A stretch of DNA of 64,000 bases from Armatimonadota bacterium (GTDB taxonomy: Bacteria > Armatimonadota > SYMT01), in assembly GCA_046292385.1 (NCBI GenBank), contig JBKBRF010000039.1, positions 1 through 64,000 on the forward strand, read 5' to 3'. Under the pieces are notes generated by a model. The model had not been told where the DNA came from. It ran no database searches and worked only from the letters and a program-made list of their open reading frames with translations. Within the stretch, counting starts at the first letter, position 1. Each line of letters begins with the position of its first letter. Below are positions 1-11,234 of this stretch, one piece after another. Position numbers and translations under genes: made by a program.

Positions 1-253
1 CGCCGGAACGGAGCCGGCGGCGAAGAACCCGTGATGTCTTCGGCGCCGTCGGCTCCGTGGGGCTACGTACGGGAGCTACCCTCGAACTTTCCGCTTGACG
101 CGAAGCATAGAATCTCCAAATCCCGTCTCGGATGGGGCTCCCAGGTCACGGATCCCGTCAAGCGGCTCGGCAGCGGACGCGGCGAGCCGGAGATGATCCG
201 GATGGCGCTCTTGCGGGAACATGGAACGGAGAGCAGCGGGAGGAAGCGGTCTG

Positions 254-919
254 ATGAGATTCGTGCGGGAAGCGCTCTGGAACCTGTCGCGTGAGGAGGC
301 GGTGGCCCGCCAGCGAGAACTAGCGCCGCTCGTCTCGCTGGAAGATCGGCTGGAGCGGGTGGAGCTGGTCGCCGGCGTCGACCTGGCGCTGGCGCGGGGC
401 GCCGACATGGGACGGGGCGCCGTGGTGGTGTGGCGGCGGTCGGACGGCAAGGTGGTGGAAGAGGTGACGGTGGAGCTGCCGCTCACCATCCCGTACATTC
501 CGGGCCTGCTTGCCTTCCGGGAGGGGCCGCTGGTCGAAGCCGCCCTCGCTGCCCTCAAGTGCGAGCCGGACGTGCTCCTCTTCGACGGCCAGGGAATCGC
601 GCATCCTCGCGGCCTCGGCATCGCCGCGCACGTGGGGGTGCTGCTCGACCGCCCCTCGATCGGGATCGGCAAGAGCCGCCTCTACGGCCGCGCGGAGGAG
701 CCGGGGCCGAACCCGGGCGACCGCACCCCGCTCCTAGCACCGGACGGGCGCCGGATCGGGACGCTGCTCCGCACCCGCAAGGGCACGAAGCCGCTCTACG
801 TCTCCCCAGGGAACCACGTCTCCCCGGAAACGGCGGCAGAGATCGTGATGCAGTGCGTGCGCGGCCACCGCCTCCCGGAGCCGGTGCACCTGGCGGACCG
901 ACTCAGCAAGGCGAAGTAA
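254..919 (+). CDS. nfi: Endonuclease V (deoxyinosine 3' endonuclease)
   Basis: Motifs AGVD, PYIPGLLAFRE, FDGQGIAHPRGLGIAAH, GIGKSRL, KPLYVSPG, RLPEP. ATG at 254 preferred over 221. Confidence 0.95.
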   Translation: MRFVREALWNLSREEAVARQRELAPLVSLEDRLERVELVAGVDLALARGADMGRGAVVVWRRSDGKVVEEVTVELPLTIPYIPGLLAFREGPLVEAALAALKCEPDVLLFDGQGIAHPRGLGIAAHVGVLLDRPSIGIGKSRLYGRAEEPGPNPGDRTPLLAPDGRRIGTLLRTRKGTKPLYVSPGNHVSPETAAEIVMQCVRGHRLPEPVHLADRLSKAK

Positions 920-928
920 TGGTGCTAC

Positions 929-1780
929 TCAGTCGTCCAGCAGGAGCAGCTCGTAGACCTGTTTGCCGGGGATCTGGAAGCTGCGGCGGGGTTTCCAGGT
1001 GGCGGCGTCCAGCTCCACCACGCCGCAGGGGACGCGGTAGCGGGAGAAGAGGCGGGAGAAGAGCGGCGGCTTGATCTTGTTCTCGCTGATGCCGACGAAG
1101 GCGCTTCCGCCGTGGAACTGCAGGCCGCGGACGAAGCCGTGAAGCCGGCAGAGGGTCTGCTTCACGAAGCCGCCGGGCGGCAGGACGGAGACCTCCGAGG
1201 AGAACGACTCGCACCAGTAGAGCCGGCCCTCGTGCCAGAGCAGGCTGTGCGGCTGGGAGAGCGGCTCGTACTTCACGTCGAATGTCTTCCGCTCCCAGTC
1301 GAGGCGCAGGATCTTGCCGGCGCGCTGCCACGCCTCGGAGCGGTTCTTCTTATTCCGCGGGCCGGGCGTCAGCGTGAAGACGCAGAGCAGCAGCTCTCCG
1401 TTTGCCTCGATCAGGCAGTTCGGGTGGCAGACGTCCGCTTCGGAGGGGACGATCTGCATCACGTCGCGCACCGTCAGGTCGTCGTTCAGCCGCACCACGC
1501 GGTTGCCGCGGCTGGCGACCAGAAAGTAGCCGTCCGCTACGCGTCGCAGATCGTGGCAGCCGTCGAAGCGGGTCTCCGCGCGCTTCTCCACCTTCCAGGT
1601 GCCGGGCTCCAGGCGGGAGACGTCCCCGTGGTGCTCCACGAAGTAGAAGCCGTCCGGGCCGCGGGTGATGCCGTGTGTCGGCTGGTCGTAGAGGCGGCGG
1701 AGGGCGCCGGAGCCGGTGTCGAGGAGGTAGATCCCGCCGTCGCCGGTGGTGCTGTGGTTGGTTACGAGTAGACGCGGCAT
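929..1780 (-). CDS. Hypothetical beta-propeller protein (DUF4915/TIGR03032-like)
   Basis: Repeated blade-like segments; CHPNCL, PHSLLWHEGRLYWCES and GFVRGL..AFVGIS motifs. Co-oriented with the GT9 gene. Confidence 0.55.
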   Translation of the reverse strand: MPRLLVTNHSTTGDGGIYLLDTGSGALRRLYDQPTHGITRGPDGFYFVEHHGDVSRLEPGTWKVEKRAETRFDGCHDLRRVADGYFLVASRGNRVVRLNDDLTVRDVMQIVPSEADVCHPNCLIEANGELLLCVFTLTPGPRNKKNRSEAWQRAGKILRLDWERKTFDVKYEPLSQPHSLLWHEGRLYWCESFSSEVSVLPPGGFVKQTLCRLHGFVRGLQFHGGSAFVGISENKIKPPLFSRLFSRYRVPCGVVELDAATWKPRRSFQIPGKQVYELLLLDD

Positions 1781-1787
1781 GCAGGGC

Positions 1788-2729
1788 TCAGGCGACTTCG
1801 ACGATGCCGGCCGGGTCCGCGGCGGCGGGGCGGCCGGCGGAGAGCTCCGCCAGCGCGGCGCGGACCTGCTCCACCACCAGCGACGGCGGCAGGCGGCGCA
1901 TGCAGGAGTGGTGATCGCACGGCTCCCGCGCCCAGCAGGGGCCGCACTCGATCGGGGTGTAGAGGTTGCGGTTCCAGGAATAGCCGCTGATGGCGGGGTG
2001 CTCCGCGGCTCCGTAGAGCACCACGGAAGGCAGCCGCATCGCCGCCGCCAGGTGCATCAAGCCGCCGACGTGCGTGACGAGCAGGTCGCAGCGGGTCATC
2101 AGGCCGGCGGTGTTGCGGTAGCCGAGGTCGCGGTAGTCGCGCGCGCCCGGGATGAGCGGGCCATCTTTCTGCGTGCCCAGGTGCAGCACGGTGGGGAACT
2201 CCCGCACCAGCAGCGCTCCCAGCTCCGCCCACTGGTCGCCCGGGTACAGCTTGTTCGGCAGGTGCACGGAGGCTTTCCCGTGCGGTACGATCGCGATCCG
2301 CGGCCGCGGCAGCCGCTCCAGCTCTCGCTCCCGGTACGCCAGCTCCCGCTCGGTCAGGTAGAGACGCGGCTGCCGGGGCCGGCGCTTCATGGTGACCGGA
2401 ACGTGGTCGTAGATGTCGTCGATCAGGTGACCTCGCACCTGCAGGTAGCGCGCTTCCGGCGGGCGGTGCGTGGCGTGGATGTACGCCTCCACCCGCTCCG
2501 GGTCGCGCTTCCGCAGCTTGTGGACGTCCAGCACTTCCTCCACGTGCGGATTCCGGTGGAAGAGCTCCGGGTGGCGCGCCGCGAGGAAAAAGCGGACTTC
2601 CGGATGCTCCGCCTTCACTCCCTCCAGCACCGCGGAGAGCATCAGGTGATCTCCGAAGCCGGAGGGCGGGCGCAGCCGCACCACGTTGGGGCCGTCCGGA
2701 GCGGGCCGTTTTCGGAACCAGGAGAGCAT
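1788..2729 (-). CDS. Glycosyltransferase family 9 (heptosyltransferase-like)
   Basis: GFGDHLM, ELFHRNPHVEEV, GGLMHLAAA..PSVVLYG and C-terminal C..C..C..CM motifs. Confidence 0.85.
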   Translation of the reverse strand: MLSWFRKRPAPDGPNVVRLRPPSGFGDHLMLSAVLEGVKAEHPEVRFFLAARHPELFHRNPHVEEVLDVHKLRKRDPERVEAYIHATHRPPEARYLQVRGHLIDDIYDHVPVTMKRRPRQPRLYLTERELAYRERELERLPRPRIAIVPHGKASVHLPNKLYPGDQWAELGALLVREFPTVLHLGTQKDGPLIPGARDYRDLGYRNTAGLMTRCDLLVTHVGGLMHLAAAMRLPSVVLYGAAEHPAISGYSWNRNLYTPIECGPCWAREPCDHHSCMRRLPPSLVVEQVRAALAELSAGRPAAADPAGIVEVA

Positions 2730-3149
2730 CGTTCGGGAGGGTCTTCGCTAGCCGGCCGCGCGCGCTCCGCGGGCGAGGGAGGGGAGGCGGTGTGCCGCGC
2801 GGCGCGATGCCGGTCCGCGCCTGGGCGCGCGGAGAGACCGGGCGTTCGGGAGAAAGCACATCATTATAAACATAATCCCGGGGTCTCCGCCTTCCCGGGC
2901 GAGCCGTCCTGGTGCCGCGGCGGGGAGCCTCCGCTCGGCGTGGAGATGGCGCCCCCACGGGTGGGGCGCGGGGCCGAAGGATTAGTCGGTGCCTGCAAGG
3001 TGGAAGAGTAACCCCGGGCCGCCGCTCCGCTCCGGGAGGAGCATCCATGTAGTGGTCGGCTAACGCGGACGATAAAACACAGAGGGACACGGGGTTATCC
3101 CGAGGCGATCCCGGCGCCCGCCGGCGTCCGCGTGTCCAGGTACCGCATT

Positions 3150-6083
3150 ATGGCGATTCAGCAACCGGCGGACTGGAGCGAGTTCTCCGGTCTCAACCGT
3201 GCCTATCTTCTCGATCTCTACGAAGCGTATCGAACCCAGCCCGAGTCGGTAGATCCGGAGCTGCGAACCTTCTTCGATCGCTCCGGTCCACCCCCGGAAA
3301 ACGGAGCCGCCGTTGGGGCCGCGCAGTACCCCTCCGAAACACCGCTCCCGCGCGGCGTAACGGCCGGCACCGCGCTCCAGGTGGCGGGGGCGGTAGCGCT
3401 GGCGACCGCCATCCGCACCCACGGGCATCGCGCCGCCCAGCTCGACCCGCTCGGCAGCCCGCCCCCGGGCGATGCCTCGCTCCGGCCGGAGACGCACCTG
3501 ATTCGGGAGGAAGACCTGGCGTCGCTGCCGGCTTCCATCATCGGGGGACCGGTGGCGGAGCGGGCCGGCAACGCGCTAGCGGCGATCCGCTACCTCCGCA
3601 AGATCTACCAGCGCTCCACCGGCTACGAGTTCGAGCACGTCTCCGACGCGGACGAGCGCGCGTGGCTGCGGGACGCGGTGGAATCGGGGCGTTTCCGGCC
3701 GCCGCTCGACCCGATCGACGAGCGGAAGCTGCTGGAGCAGCTCACCGAGGTGGGGGCGTTCGAGCGATTTCTGCACAGCGCCTTCCCGGGGCAGACTCGC
3801 TTCTCCCTGGAAGGACTCGGGATGATGGTCCCGATGCTTGACGAGCTGGTCGGCGCCGCCGCAGAGGCAGGTACCCGCTGCGTGATGCTCGGCATGGCGC
3901 ACCGCGGCCGCCTCAACGTGCTCGCCCACGTGCTGAACAAGCCGTACGAGCAGGTGATCGCGGAGTTCATGGGCCGCTACACCCGCTCCCGCAGCGCGCC
4001 GGGCGGCGCGGTGGACGACGGCTGGACCGGCGACGTGAAGTATCACCTCGGCGCCCGGCGGGCCTATCGCGGCGGGCGCGAGGTGGAGATGTCGGTCATG
4101 CTGATCCCCAACCCGAGTCACCTGGAGTGGGTGAACCCGGTGGTGCTGGGGATGGACCGGGCGGCGGACGAGCGGCGCGACTCGCCGGGGTCGGCGCGCC
4201 AGGACGAGCTGGCGTCGATGTCGGTGCTGATCCACGGCGACGCCTCCTTCCCCGGGCAGGGCATCGTGGCAGAGACGCTCAACCTCTCCCGCCTGCCCGG
4301 CTACCGGGTCGGCGGGGCGATCCACCTGATCGCGAACAACCAGCTCGGCTTCACCACCAATCCCAGCTCCGGCCGCTCCACCCTCTACGCGAGCGACCTT
4401 GCCAAGGGCTTCGAGATCCCGGTGATCCACGTAAATGCGGACGACGTGGAGGCGTGCATCGCCGCCGCGCGGCTGGCGCACGAGTACCGGCACATCTTCC
4501 GGAAGGACGTGCTGATCGACCTGATCGGCTACCGCCGCTGGGGCCACAACGAAGGGGACGAGCCGAGCTACACCCAGCCGAAGCTCTACGCGAGCATCGC
4601 GAAGCAGCCCACGGTCCGGGAGCGGTGGGCGGGCGACATGGTCCGCCGCGGCCTGGTCACCCGGGAAGAGACCGAGGAGATGCTGCGGTCCGCCATCGCC
4701 CATCTCCAGCAGATCAAGACAGAGCTGCAGGCGCAGGCGCCTCCGGAGGAGTCGGCCAACGGCCGCATTACTGCTGGGCTGGAGGCCGGCGGGGCACGGG
4801 GCGGCCTGGGACGCGCCGGCGCCGCGGAGCGGATGGAGACGGAGGTCCCGCTGGAGCGGCTCGCGCGGCTGAACGAGGAGCTGTACCGGATCCCGGAAGG
4901 CTTCCACCTGCACTCCAAGCTGGAGCGGCCGTTCGCTCGCCGGCGGGCCGTCTTCGCCCCGGAGGAAGGGGAAGAGGCGCCGGCAATCGAGTGGGCGCAC
5001 GCGGAGGCGCTGGCGTTTGCCTCGATCCTGGAAGACGGCACCCCGATCCGGTTCAGCGGGCAGGACGTGGCGCGGGGGACCTTCTCCCATCGTCACGCCG
5101 TGCTCTTCGACTCCGGGACCGGCACCGCCTACACTCCGCTTCAGAGCCTCAGCACGGCCCGGGCTGCCTTCGAGATCTGGAACAGCCCGCTCTCCGAGCA
5201 GGCGACCCTGGCGTTCGAGTTCGGCTACAGCATCCAGGCCCCGGAAGCGCTGACGCTGTGGGAGGCGCAGTACGGCGACTTCGTCAACGTGCCGCAGGCG
5301 GTGATCGACCAGTTCATCGTCTCCGCGCGCTCCAAGTGGGAGCAGTACTCCGGCCTGGTGATGCTGCTGCCGCACGGCTACGAAGGGCAGGGCCCGGAGC
5401 ATTCCAGCGCGCGGCCGGAGCGGTTCCTGCAGATGGCGGCGGAAGACAACCTTCGCATTGCCAACTGCACCACCGCCGCGCAGTACTTCCACATCCTGCG
5501 CCGCCAGATGTGCCTGCTCAGCCGCGACCCGCGCCCGCTGATCCTGCTCACTCCCAAGAGCCTGCTGCGGAACCCGCTGGCGGCCTCGCGGCCGGAGGAG
5601 CTGGCGGAGGGGCGGTTCCGGCCGGTGCTGGAGGACGTGCGGGCGATGCGGCACCGCGAAAAGGTGCGGCGCCTGCTCTTCTGCAGCGGCAAAGTCTACT
5701 ATGACATGGTGGCGGCCAGGCAGACGGTCGATCCGGAGATCGCGGACGCCATCGCCGTGGCGCGAGTGGAGGAGCTCTATCCCTTCCCGGCGGAAGACGT
5801 GGCGAGCCGGGTGGGCGCCTACCCGAGCCTGGAGGAAGTGGTGTGGCTCCAGGAGGAGCCGCGCAACATGGGGGCGTGGACCTTCGTGGCCCCGCGCCTG
5901 CGAGACATCATCGCGGGTCGATATCCGCTGCGGTATATCGGACGGACCCGTCGGGCCAGCCCCGCCGAAGGCTCGCACCAGTGGCACGTGCGCGAACAGG
6001 CGCGATTGGTGGCGGCGGCCCTGCAGTTCGAGCGCGCACCGGAGGATGAGCCGTTGATGCCGGAGGTTCAGCATGCCCGCTGA
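3150..6083 (+). CDS. sucA: 2-oxoglutarate dehydrogenase E1 component
   Basis: [64 protein letters not shown]. Start is ATG 3150 or GTG 3132. Confidence 0.97.
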   Translation: MAIQQPADWSEFSGLNRAYLLDLYEAYRTQPESVDPELRTFFDRSGPPPENGAAVGAAQYPSETPLPRGVTAGTALQVAGAVALATAIRTHGHRAAQLDPLGSPPPGDASLRPETHLIREEDLASLPASIIGGPVAERAGNALAAIRYLRKIYQRSTGYEFEHVSDADERAWLRDAVESGRFRPPLDPIDERKLLEQLTEVGAFERFLHSAFPGQTRFSLEGLGMMVPMLDELVGAAAEAGTRCVMLGMAHRGRLNVLAHVLNKPYEQVIAEFMGRYTRSRSAPGGAVDDGWTGDVKYHLGARRAYRGGREVEMSVMLIPNPSHLEWVNPVVLGMDRAADERRDSPGSARQDELASMSVLIHGDASFPGQGIVAETLNLSRLPGYRVGGAIHLIANNQLGFTTNPSSGRSTLYASDLAKGFEIPVIHVNADDVEACIAAARLAHEYRHIFRKDVLIDLIGYRRWGHNEGDEPSYTQPKLYASIAKQPTVRERWAGDMVRRGLVTREETEEMLRSAIAHLQQIKTELQAQAPPEESANGRITAGLEAGGARGGLGRAGAAERMETEVPLERLARLNEELYRIPEGFHLHSKLERPFARRRAVFAPEEGEEAPAIEWAHAEALAFASILEDGTPIRFSGQDVARGTFSHRHAVLFDSGTGTAYTPLQSLSTARAAFEIWNSPLSEQATLAFEFGYSIQAPEALTLWEAQYGDFVNVPQAVIDQFIVSARSKWEQYSGLVMLLPHGYEGQGPEHSSARPERFLQMAAEDNLRIANCTTAAQYFHILRRQMCLLSRDPRPLILLTPKSLLRNPLAASRPEELAEGRFRPVLEDVRAMRHREKVRRLLFCSGKVYYDMVAARQTVDPEIADAIAVARVEELYPFPAEDVASRVGAYPSLEEVVWLQEEPRNMGAWTFVAPRLRDIIAGRYPLRYIGRTRRASPAEGSHQWHVREQARLVAAALQFERAPEDEPLMPEVQHAR

Positions 6084-7302
6084 GGTGAGAGTGCCGACGC
6101 TGGGAGAATCGGTCGTGGAAGCCACCATCGCCCGCTGGCACAAGCGGGAGGGAGACCGCGTGGACGCGGGCGACCCGTTGGTGGAGTTGGAGACCGATAA
6201 AGTCAACACGGAGCTGTCCGCGGACCGCCCCGGGGTGCTGCGCAGCATCCTGAAGGGGGAAGGCGATATCGTGCGGCCGGGCGACGTGGTGGCCGCGATC
6301 GAAGAGGGCGCGGGCGGCGCGGCCCCGGAGACCGCGGCGCCGGAAAGCGCCGCTCCCGCCGAGGCGCCGGCTCCCGCCGCCGAGGAGGACGTGCGCGCCT
6401 CGCCGCTGGCGCATCGGCTGGCCGAAGACCTGGGGGTCGATCTCGCTCGCGTCCCCGCCACCGGTCCGGGCGGGCGGGTCACCCGGGAAGACGTGGAGAC
6501 GTTCGCCCAGCGCAGCCCGGCGCCGTCCCCACAGCCCCAGGCTCCTGCGGTCCCGGCGCCGCTCGCCGCCGCGCCGCGGGTGGAGACCCCCTCTACGGAG
6601 ACCCGCGGCGAGACGCGCCAGCGCCTCTCCCGCCGCCGCCTCACCATCGCCCGGCGCTTGGTGGAAGCCCAGCAGACCGCCGCGATGCTGACCACCTTCA
6701 ACGAGGTGGATCTCTCCGCGGTGATGGCTATCCGGCAGCGCCGGAAAGAGAGCTTCAAGGAGCAGCACGGGGTCGGCCTCGGCTTCATGTCGTTCTTCAC
6801 CAAGGCGGCGGTCGGCGCGCTGAAGGCGTTCCCGGAGATCAACTCCGAGCTGCAGGGCGAGGAGCTGGTCCGGAAGCACTACTACGACATCGGCATCGCG
6901 ATCGGCGCGGAAGAGGGGCTGGTGGTGCCGGTGCTGCGCAACGCGGACCGGTTGAGCTTCGCCGAGATCGAACGGGAGATCGCCGCGCTCGCGAAGAAGG
7001 CGAAGGAGCGCACCCTGACCCTGGACGATCTGAAGGGCGGCACCTTCACCATCACCAACGGCGGCGTCTTCGGCTCCCTGCTCTCCACGCCGATCCTCAA
7101 TCCGCCGCAGGTCGGCATTCTGGGCATGCACAAGATCCAGGAGCGGCCGGTGGTGGAGAACGGCGAGGTGGTGGTGCGCCCGATGATGTACCTGGCCCTG
7201 AGCTACGACCATCGCGTGGTGGATGGTCGCGAGGCGGTGCAGTTCCTGGTGCGGATCAAAGAGCTGATCGAGGAGCCGGAGCGGCTGCTGCTGGAAGGAT
7301 AG
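6073..7302 (+). CDS. sucB: Dihydrolipoamide succinyltransferase (E2)
   Basis: Lipoyl domain ELETDKV, E3-binding domain, catalytic [10 protein letters not shown]. Overlaps the end of sucA. Confidence 0.97.
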   Translation: MPAEVRVPTLGESVVEATIARWHKREGDRVDAGDPLVELETDKVNTELSADRPGVLRSILKGEGDIVRPGDVVAAIEEGAGGAAPETAAPESAAPAEAPAPAAEEDVRASPLAHRLAEDLGVDLARVPATGPGGRVTREDVETFAQRSPAPSPQPQAPAVPAPLAAAPRVETPSTETRGETRQRLSRRRLTIARRLVEAQQTAAMLTTFNEVDLSAVMAIRQRRKESFKEQHGVGLGFMSFFTKAAVGALKAFPEINSELQGEELVRKHYYDIGIAIGAEEGLVVPVLRNADRLSFAEIEREIAALAKKAKERTLTLDDLKGGTFTITNGGVFGSLLSTPILNPPQVGILGMHKIQERPVVENGEVVVRPMMYLALSYDHRVVDGREAVQFLVRIKELIEEPERLLLEG

Positions 7303-7310
7303 CCCGCGGG

Positions 7311-7440
7311 AGGCAGTGTGCTTCGGCGCGCAACCCCCTTCCCTGAAGCGGAAGGGAGAGTAGGCTGGCTCCGCACCGATAGCTCCCCTCTCCTCGCAGG
7401 AGAGGGGTCGGGGGTGAGGCCGCGCCGAAGCACACTGCCT
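7311..7440. repeat. Palindromic MITE/REP-like element with a 20-bp perfect terminal inverted repeat
   Basis: AGGCAGTGTGCTTCGGCGCG (7311-7330) is the exact reverse complement of 7421-7440. Internal CCCCTCTCCT-CGC-AGGAGAGGGG hairpin. Confidence 0.75.
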
Positions 7441-7540
7441 TCCGCTGGTTTGCCCCCTTGAGCCCGCGGGAAGCACCGGTAGGTCTGCTCCGGGCGCGAT
7501 AGACGGTCCGCCGCGGCGCGCGACCCGGAACCCTTTGCCT

Positions 7541-9163
7541 ATGCGGTCGGCCTCACTCCCGGCTCTCCTCCTGGTCTCCCTCGCGCTGCCCGCCGCGAGC
7601 GCGGCGGAGCGGAAGGCGCAGCCGGTCCCCGCCGCCGGGCTGCCGGAGGCGACCTCCGTGCTGCGCGCCAGCCGGGAGTATGTGGTCGGTGCGACGGCGG
7701 AGACACGGCACGCGGGTTGGACCGAGACGCTCGCCTACGCCACGCTGCCGCAGGAGCTGCCGGTGCGGTGGCACGTCGACCCCGGCGGCGAAGCGGTGCT
7801 GCTCGGCCGCGACGCCTGGCGGCCGGACGCGGAGTGGCGGGAGCTGCGGCGGTGGGGCAGGGGTACCGGGTCCGACGAGCGCGGCGCCGACGTGGTCTCC
7901 CTGGACCGGCCGATGGCGCTGCGCCTCCGCGCGCGGGCCCCGAAGTTCCCCCGCAGCGGCATCGCGCGTGTGAGCGTGAGGGCGCGGCGCCACACCGTTG
8001 CCGTGCTCCGGGGCACCGCCGGGGAGCGCCGTCGGCCGGTGATCCTGGCCGAGGGGTACGACCCGCTCAACCAGCAGGATTGGAACGACGTGGGCTGGGC
8101 CGAAGACGCAACCCTGGCCCGGATCATCGCGGAGGGGGAGCAGAAGCACGGCCTCGATACGTGGCTCCTCGACTGGGGTGATGCCGGCGCGCCGCTGGAG
8201 CAGCAGGCAGGAGACTTCGCCGAGATCGCGGAGGCGGTGCGCGGCTGGAACTACGGCCGCCGGGAGACGGTGGCGATCGGCGTGAGCATGGGCGCCGTCA
8301 GCCTCCGCTTCGCCCTCGCCTCTGCCGCGGACCGGGGTGACGACCTGGGCGTGCAGAAGTACCTGAGCATCAACGGCCCGCACCGCGGCGCGTGGGTGAA
8401 CCGGAAGCTGCTGGAGACGCTGCGGAAGCAGGCGGGCGACACCGATGAGGACCAGCCCGAAGGTGACGATGACGGCGAATTCTGGCTGCTGCGCGCGATC
8501 GACAGCCCGGCGGCGCGCCAGCTGCTGATCGGCGGGGCGGACCACGAGCGGTTCTACTCCGAGCTGCGCAAGCGGGGCAAAGACGGCTACCATCCCCGCA
8601 TCCCCCGGGTGGCGTTCAGCAACGGAACCCTCGTCCGGGAGGGGAACGAGTTGGCGGAGTGGGTCGAGGGCGGCGGGGACGTGGTCCACCGGATCTCCGT
8701 GCGCCCGCTGTGGCTTCCCCTCTGGCTCACCTACAAGAAGACCCGGCGCGAGTTCGAGTACGGCGGCTACCCGGGCGAGCTGCTGCCCGCCTCCCTGCGG
8801 AGGCCGGTGCGCGACCACAAGCGGCTGCTCGGCATTTTCCGGTTCGACTTCCGCGCGCGGTGGGAGGCGATCCCGACCTTCATCCCCACGCACAGCGCGC
8901 TCGACTTCCCGCCGGACCTCACGATTACGGACGGCCGGCACCGGTACACCAATTGGAAGCGGTCGCCGTTCCCCGGCCTCTACGTCTCCCAGGGACGCAA
9001 CCTGGCGCACGACGCCACGGAGGCCGACTGGATCGACCCCCGCACCGGCAGGCGCGCTCCGGCGGGCGCCAACGCGATCCTCCACGAGGTGCTGGAGGCA
9101 TTCCGCCAGCCCGCGGCCCGGACTCCTATGGGAATCCGGCCGGCCTCGAGCGCTCGCCATTAG
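7541..9163 (+). CDS. Secreted alpha/beta-hydrolase-fold protein (esterase/lipase-like)
   Basis: Signal peptide ending ASA-A, AEGYDP segment, nucleophile elbow GVSMG, GPHRGA. Confidence 0.65.
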   Translation: MRSASLPALLLVSLALPAASAAERKAQPVPAAGLPEATSVLRASREYVVGATAETRHAGWTETLAYATLPQELPVRWHVDPGGEAVLLGRDAWRPDAEWRELRRWGRGTGSDERGADVVSLDRPMALRLRARAPKFPRSGIARVSVRARRHTVAVLRGTAGERRRPVILAEGYDPLNQQDWNDVGWAEDATLARIIAEGEQKHGLDTWLLDWGDAGAPLEQQAGDFAEIAEAVRGWNYGRRETVAIGVSMGAVSLRFALASAADRGDDLGVQKYLSINGPHRGAWVNRKLLETLRKQAGDTDEDQPEGDDDGEFWLLRAIDSPAARQLLIGGADHERFYSELRKRGKDGYHPRIPRVAFSNGTLVREGNELAEWVEGGGDVVHRISVRPLWLPLWLTYKKTRREFEYGGYPGELLPASLRRPVRDHKRLLGIFRFDFRARWEAIPTFIPTHSALDFPPDLTITDGRHRYTNWKRSPFPGLYVSQGRNLAHDATEADWIDPRTGRRAPAGANAILHEVLEAFRQPAARTPMGIRPASSARH

Positions 9164-9194
9164 ATTCTTCGATAGTCCGGCTGCGTAGCTCCGC

Positions 9195-10763
9195 ATGAAG
9201 GAAAATGAGACGCAGCAACTGAGCAGACGCCGCGTTGCCGCTTCACCTCCCGTCCGGTCCGGACCCCGACCTGCAGCCCCGATGTCTCCTCCGCTCCGTC
9301 GCCCTTCTACGCCTGCCCGTCCGCTCGCCAGGAGCGTGACGCTGGTGTCCGGTCTGCTCCTGGGCGCCAGCCTCGCCGTCGCGCCGGCAAGCTACGCCCA
9401 GGCTCCCGCGGAGATGCCGGCTCCGATGCCGGCTCCGGCGGAAGGCGCTCCGCCCGCTCCGGCCGCCCCCACCTCGCCGGAAGTGGAGCAGCGGCTGCGA
9501 GAGCTGGAGGAGACGGTCCGGCGGCAGAGCGAGCTGATCAAGAGGCTGGAGCAGACGGTGGAGGAGCTGCGGAAGCCCGCCCCGCCCTCCCCGCCGCCCG
9601 CCGAGCCGCCGAAGCCCGCCCGGGCAGACGGCTTCACCGTGCCGGGTCGCGAGGACGGGACGCGGCTGCGCCTGCGCGGGCTGCTCCACACCGACGCGCG
9701 GATCTTCCCTTCGGAGGGAGGGCGAACCGGCAGCGAGTCGTTCCTGAGCCGCCGGATCCGGACGATCTTTTCCGGACAGGTCGACCGCTGGGCCGAGTTC
9801 CAGATTCAACCGATCTTCGATGAGAACCGGCTCTCCGTGCTGGATGCCTACGTCGACGTGCGCCGGACGCCGGAGCTGCAGCTCCGGGCGGGGCTCTTCA
9901 AGACCCCGTTCAGCCTGGAGCGGCTGCAGTCCGCCTCGGACCTGCTATTCATCGAGCGCTCGATTGCCCAGAACCTGGCCCCGAACCGCGACACCGGATT
10001 CATGGTCCACGGAGACACGCTCAAGGGACGCTTCTCCTACGCGGCGGCGGTGCTGAACGGGGCGCCGGACGGCGGCAACGTCTACGGCGACCCGGGGCGG
10101 GACAAAGACTTCGCCGGGCGGATCTTCGCGCGGCCGTTCCTGGACCAGAAGGGCAGCTTTCTGGAAGGGCTGGGAGTGGGACTCGCCGCGACCTACGGCC
10201 ATCGCGACGAGCCGTTCGCCGTCACCTACCGCACCGACGCGCGCGAGCCGTTCTTCGTCTACCAGCCCGGCACGACCTACGACGGCACGGTCCGCCGCCT
10301 GGCGCCGCAGTTCTACCACTACTACCGCCAGCTCGGCCTGATGGGGGAGGCGTACCTCAACCGGGAGACGGTCGGCCGCAACGGAGTCGTCCGCGCCTTC
10401 AACAACCGCGGCTGGTTCCTGCAAGGCTCCTACGTGCTGACCGGCGAGAACGCCGGCTTCCGCAGCGTGGTGCCGCGCAGGCCGTTCGACCCCTCCCGCG
10501 GCCAGTGGGGCGCGCTGGAGGTGGCGCTCCGCTACTCGGACCTCCGGATCGATCCGGACGCCTTCCGCCTCGGCTTCGCCGACCCGCTGACCTCCGCGCG
10601 CCGGGCCACCTCCTGGACCTTCGGCCTCAACTGGTATCTCACCACCGCGCTCAAGCTCCAGGTCAACTACGAGCGCACCCACTTCAACGGCCCGATCCTG
10701 TTCCGCACCGGCCCCCACGACCGAGAAGAGCTGATCCTCACCCGCCTGCAGCTCTCATACTGA
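9195..10763 (+). CDS. OprO/OprP-family anion/phosphate-selective porin
   Basis: Signal peptide and coiled coil, then RAGLFKTPFSLERLQS, YVLTGE, GALEVALRYS, FGLNWY and a C-terminal aromatic strand. Start may be ATG 9282. Confidence 0.85.
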   Translation: MKENETQQLSRRRVAASPPVRSGPRPAAPMSPPLRRPSTPARPLARSVTLVSGLLLGASLAVAPASYAQAPAEMPAPMPAPAEGAPPAPAAPTSPEVEQRLRELEETVRRQSELIKRLEQTVEELRKPAPPSPPPAEPPKPARADGFTVPGREDGTRLRLRGLLHTDARIFPSEGGRTGSESFLSRRIRTIFSGQVDRWAEFQIQPIFDENRLSVLDAYVDVRRTPELQLRAGLFKTPFSLERLQSASDLLFIERSIAQNLAPNRDTGFMVHGDTLKGRFSYAAAVLNGAPDGGNVYGDPGRDKDFAGRIFARPFLDQKGSFLEGLGVGLAATYGHRDEPFAVTYRTDAREPFFVYQPGTTYDGTVRRLAPQFYHYYRQLGLMGEAYLNRETVGRNGVVRAFNNRGWFLQGSYVLTGENAGFRSVVPRRPFDPSRGQWGALEVALRYSDLRIDPDAFRLGFADPLTSARRATSWTFGLNWYLTTALKLQVNYERTHFNGPILFRTGPHDREELILTRLQLSY

Positions 10764-10797
10764 GCCCCGCTCTACGGGCAGAAGCGTCACCGGGGGC

Positions 10798-10827
10798 TTT
10801 ACAGGCAGGGCCCCGGTGCGCTACAAT
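10798..10827 (+). promoter_or_regulatory. Sigma70-type promoter of tRNA-Val
   Basis: TTTACA-N18-TACAAT about 40 nt upstream of the tRNA. Confidence 0.6.
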
Positions 10828-10868
10828 CAAGCGCGCGAGGCGGTGTGCCCCGCGCTTTCAACTGAAGA

Positions 10869-10940
10869 GGGCGGTTAGCTCAGGGGTAGAGCGCTTCGTT
10901 GACACCGAAGAGGTCATTGGTTCAAATCCATTACCGCCCA
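10869..10940 (+). tRNA. tRNA-Val(GAC)
   Basis: Acceptor GGGCGGT/ACCGCCC, D arm GCTC/GAGC, anticodon arm CTTCG-TTGACAC-CGAAG, T loop TTCAAAT. CCA does not directly follow the discriminator. Confidence 0.95.
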
Positions 10941-10947
10941 TACCAGG

Positions 10948-10975
10948 CACCCATCCCACGCGGGATGGGTGTTTT
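10948..10975 (+). terminator. Rho-independent terminator after tRNA-Val
   Basis: CACCCATCCC-ACGC-GGGATGGGTG followed by TTTT. Confidence 0.85.
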
Positions 10976-11234
10976 CGGTTTTCTGGTTTGGCATCCCGCC
11001 TGGGTCACGGTTGACGAGGCGGTTCGCCAGCGGGCGTCCGTTCCTATTGGCGGCACTCGTGAGGATTGGCGCTGTGCAGAAGGTGCTTCGATGTTAGGCG
11101 GGATAAATTAAGAGTAGGCGCAAGCTCGCTCGGCAGCCCCCGAAGAACTCAGCATCGAGCACGTTCGAGCTTCGATCCTTCGTTAGCGCCACCCCCGCTC
11201 CCGAACCGTCTGCACACATCCCAGGAGTACACCG

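Noticed and set aside
1..250. Riboswitch or small gene upstream of nfi
   Set aside because: No recognisable aptamer, and the short ORFs lack coding character.
3576..6842. 1088-aa minus-strand ORF, and similar long antisense ORFs (18100-20259, 21718-23955, 37964-40105, 45562-47412, 54440-56557, 57298-59289)
   Set aside because: These are shadow frames opposite well-supported genes, as expected in high-GC DNA. They show no recognisable motifs.
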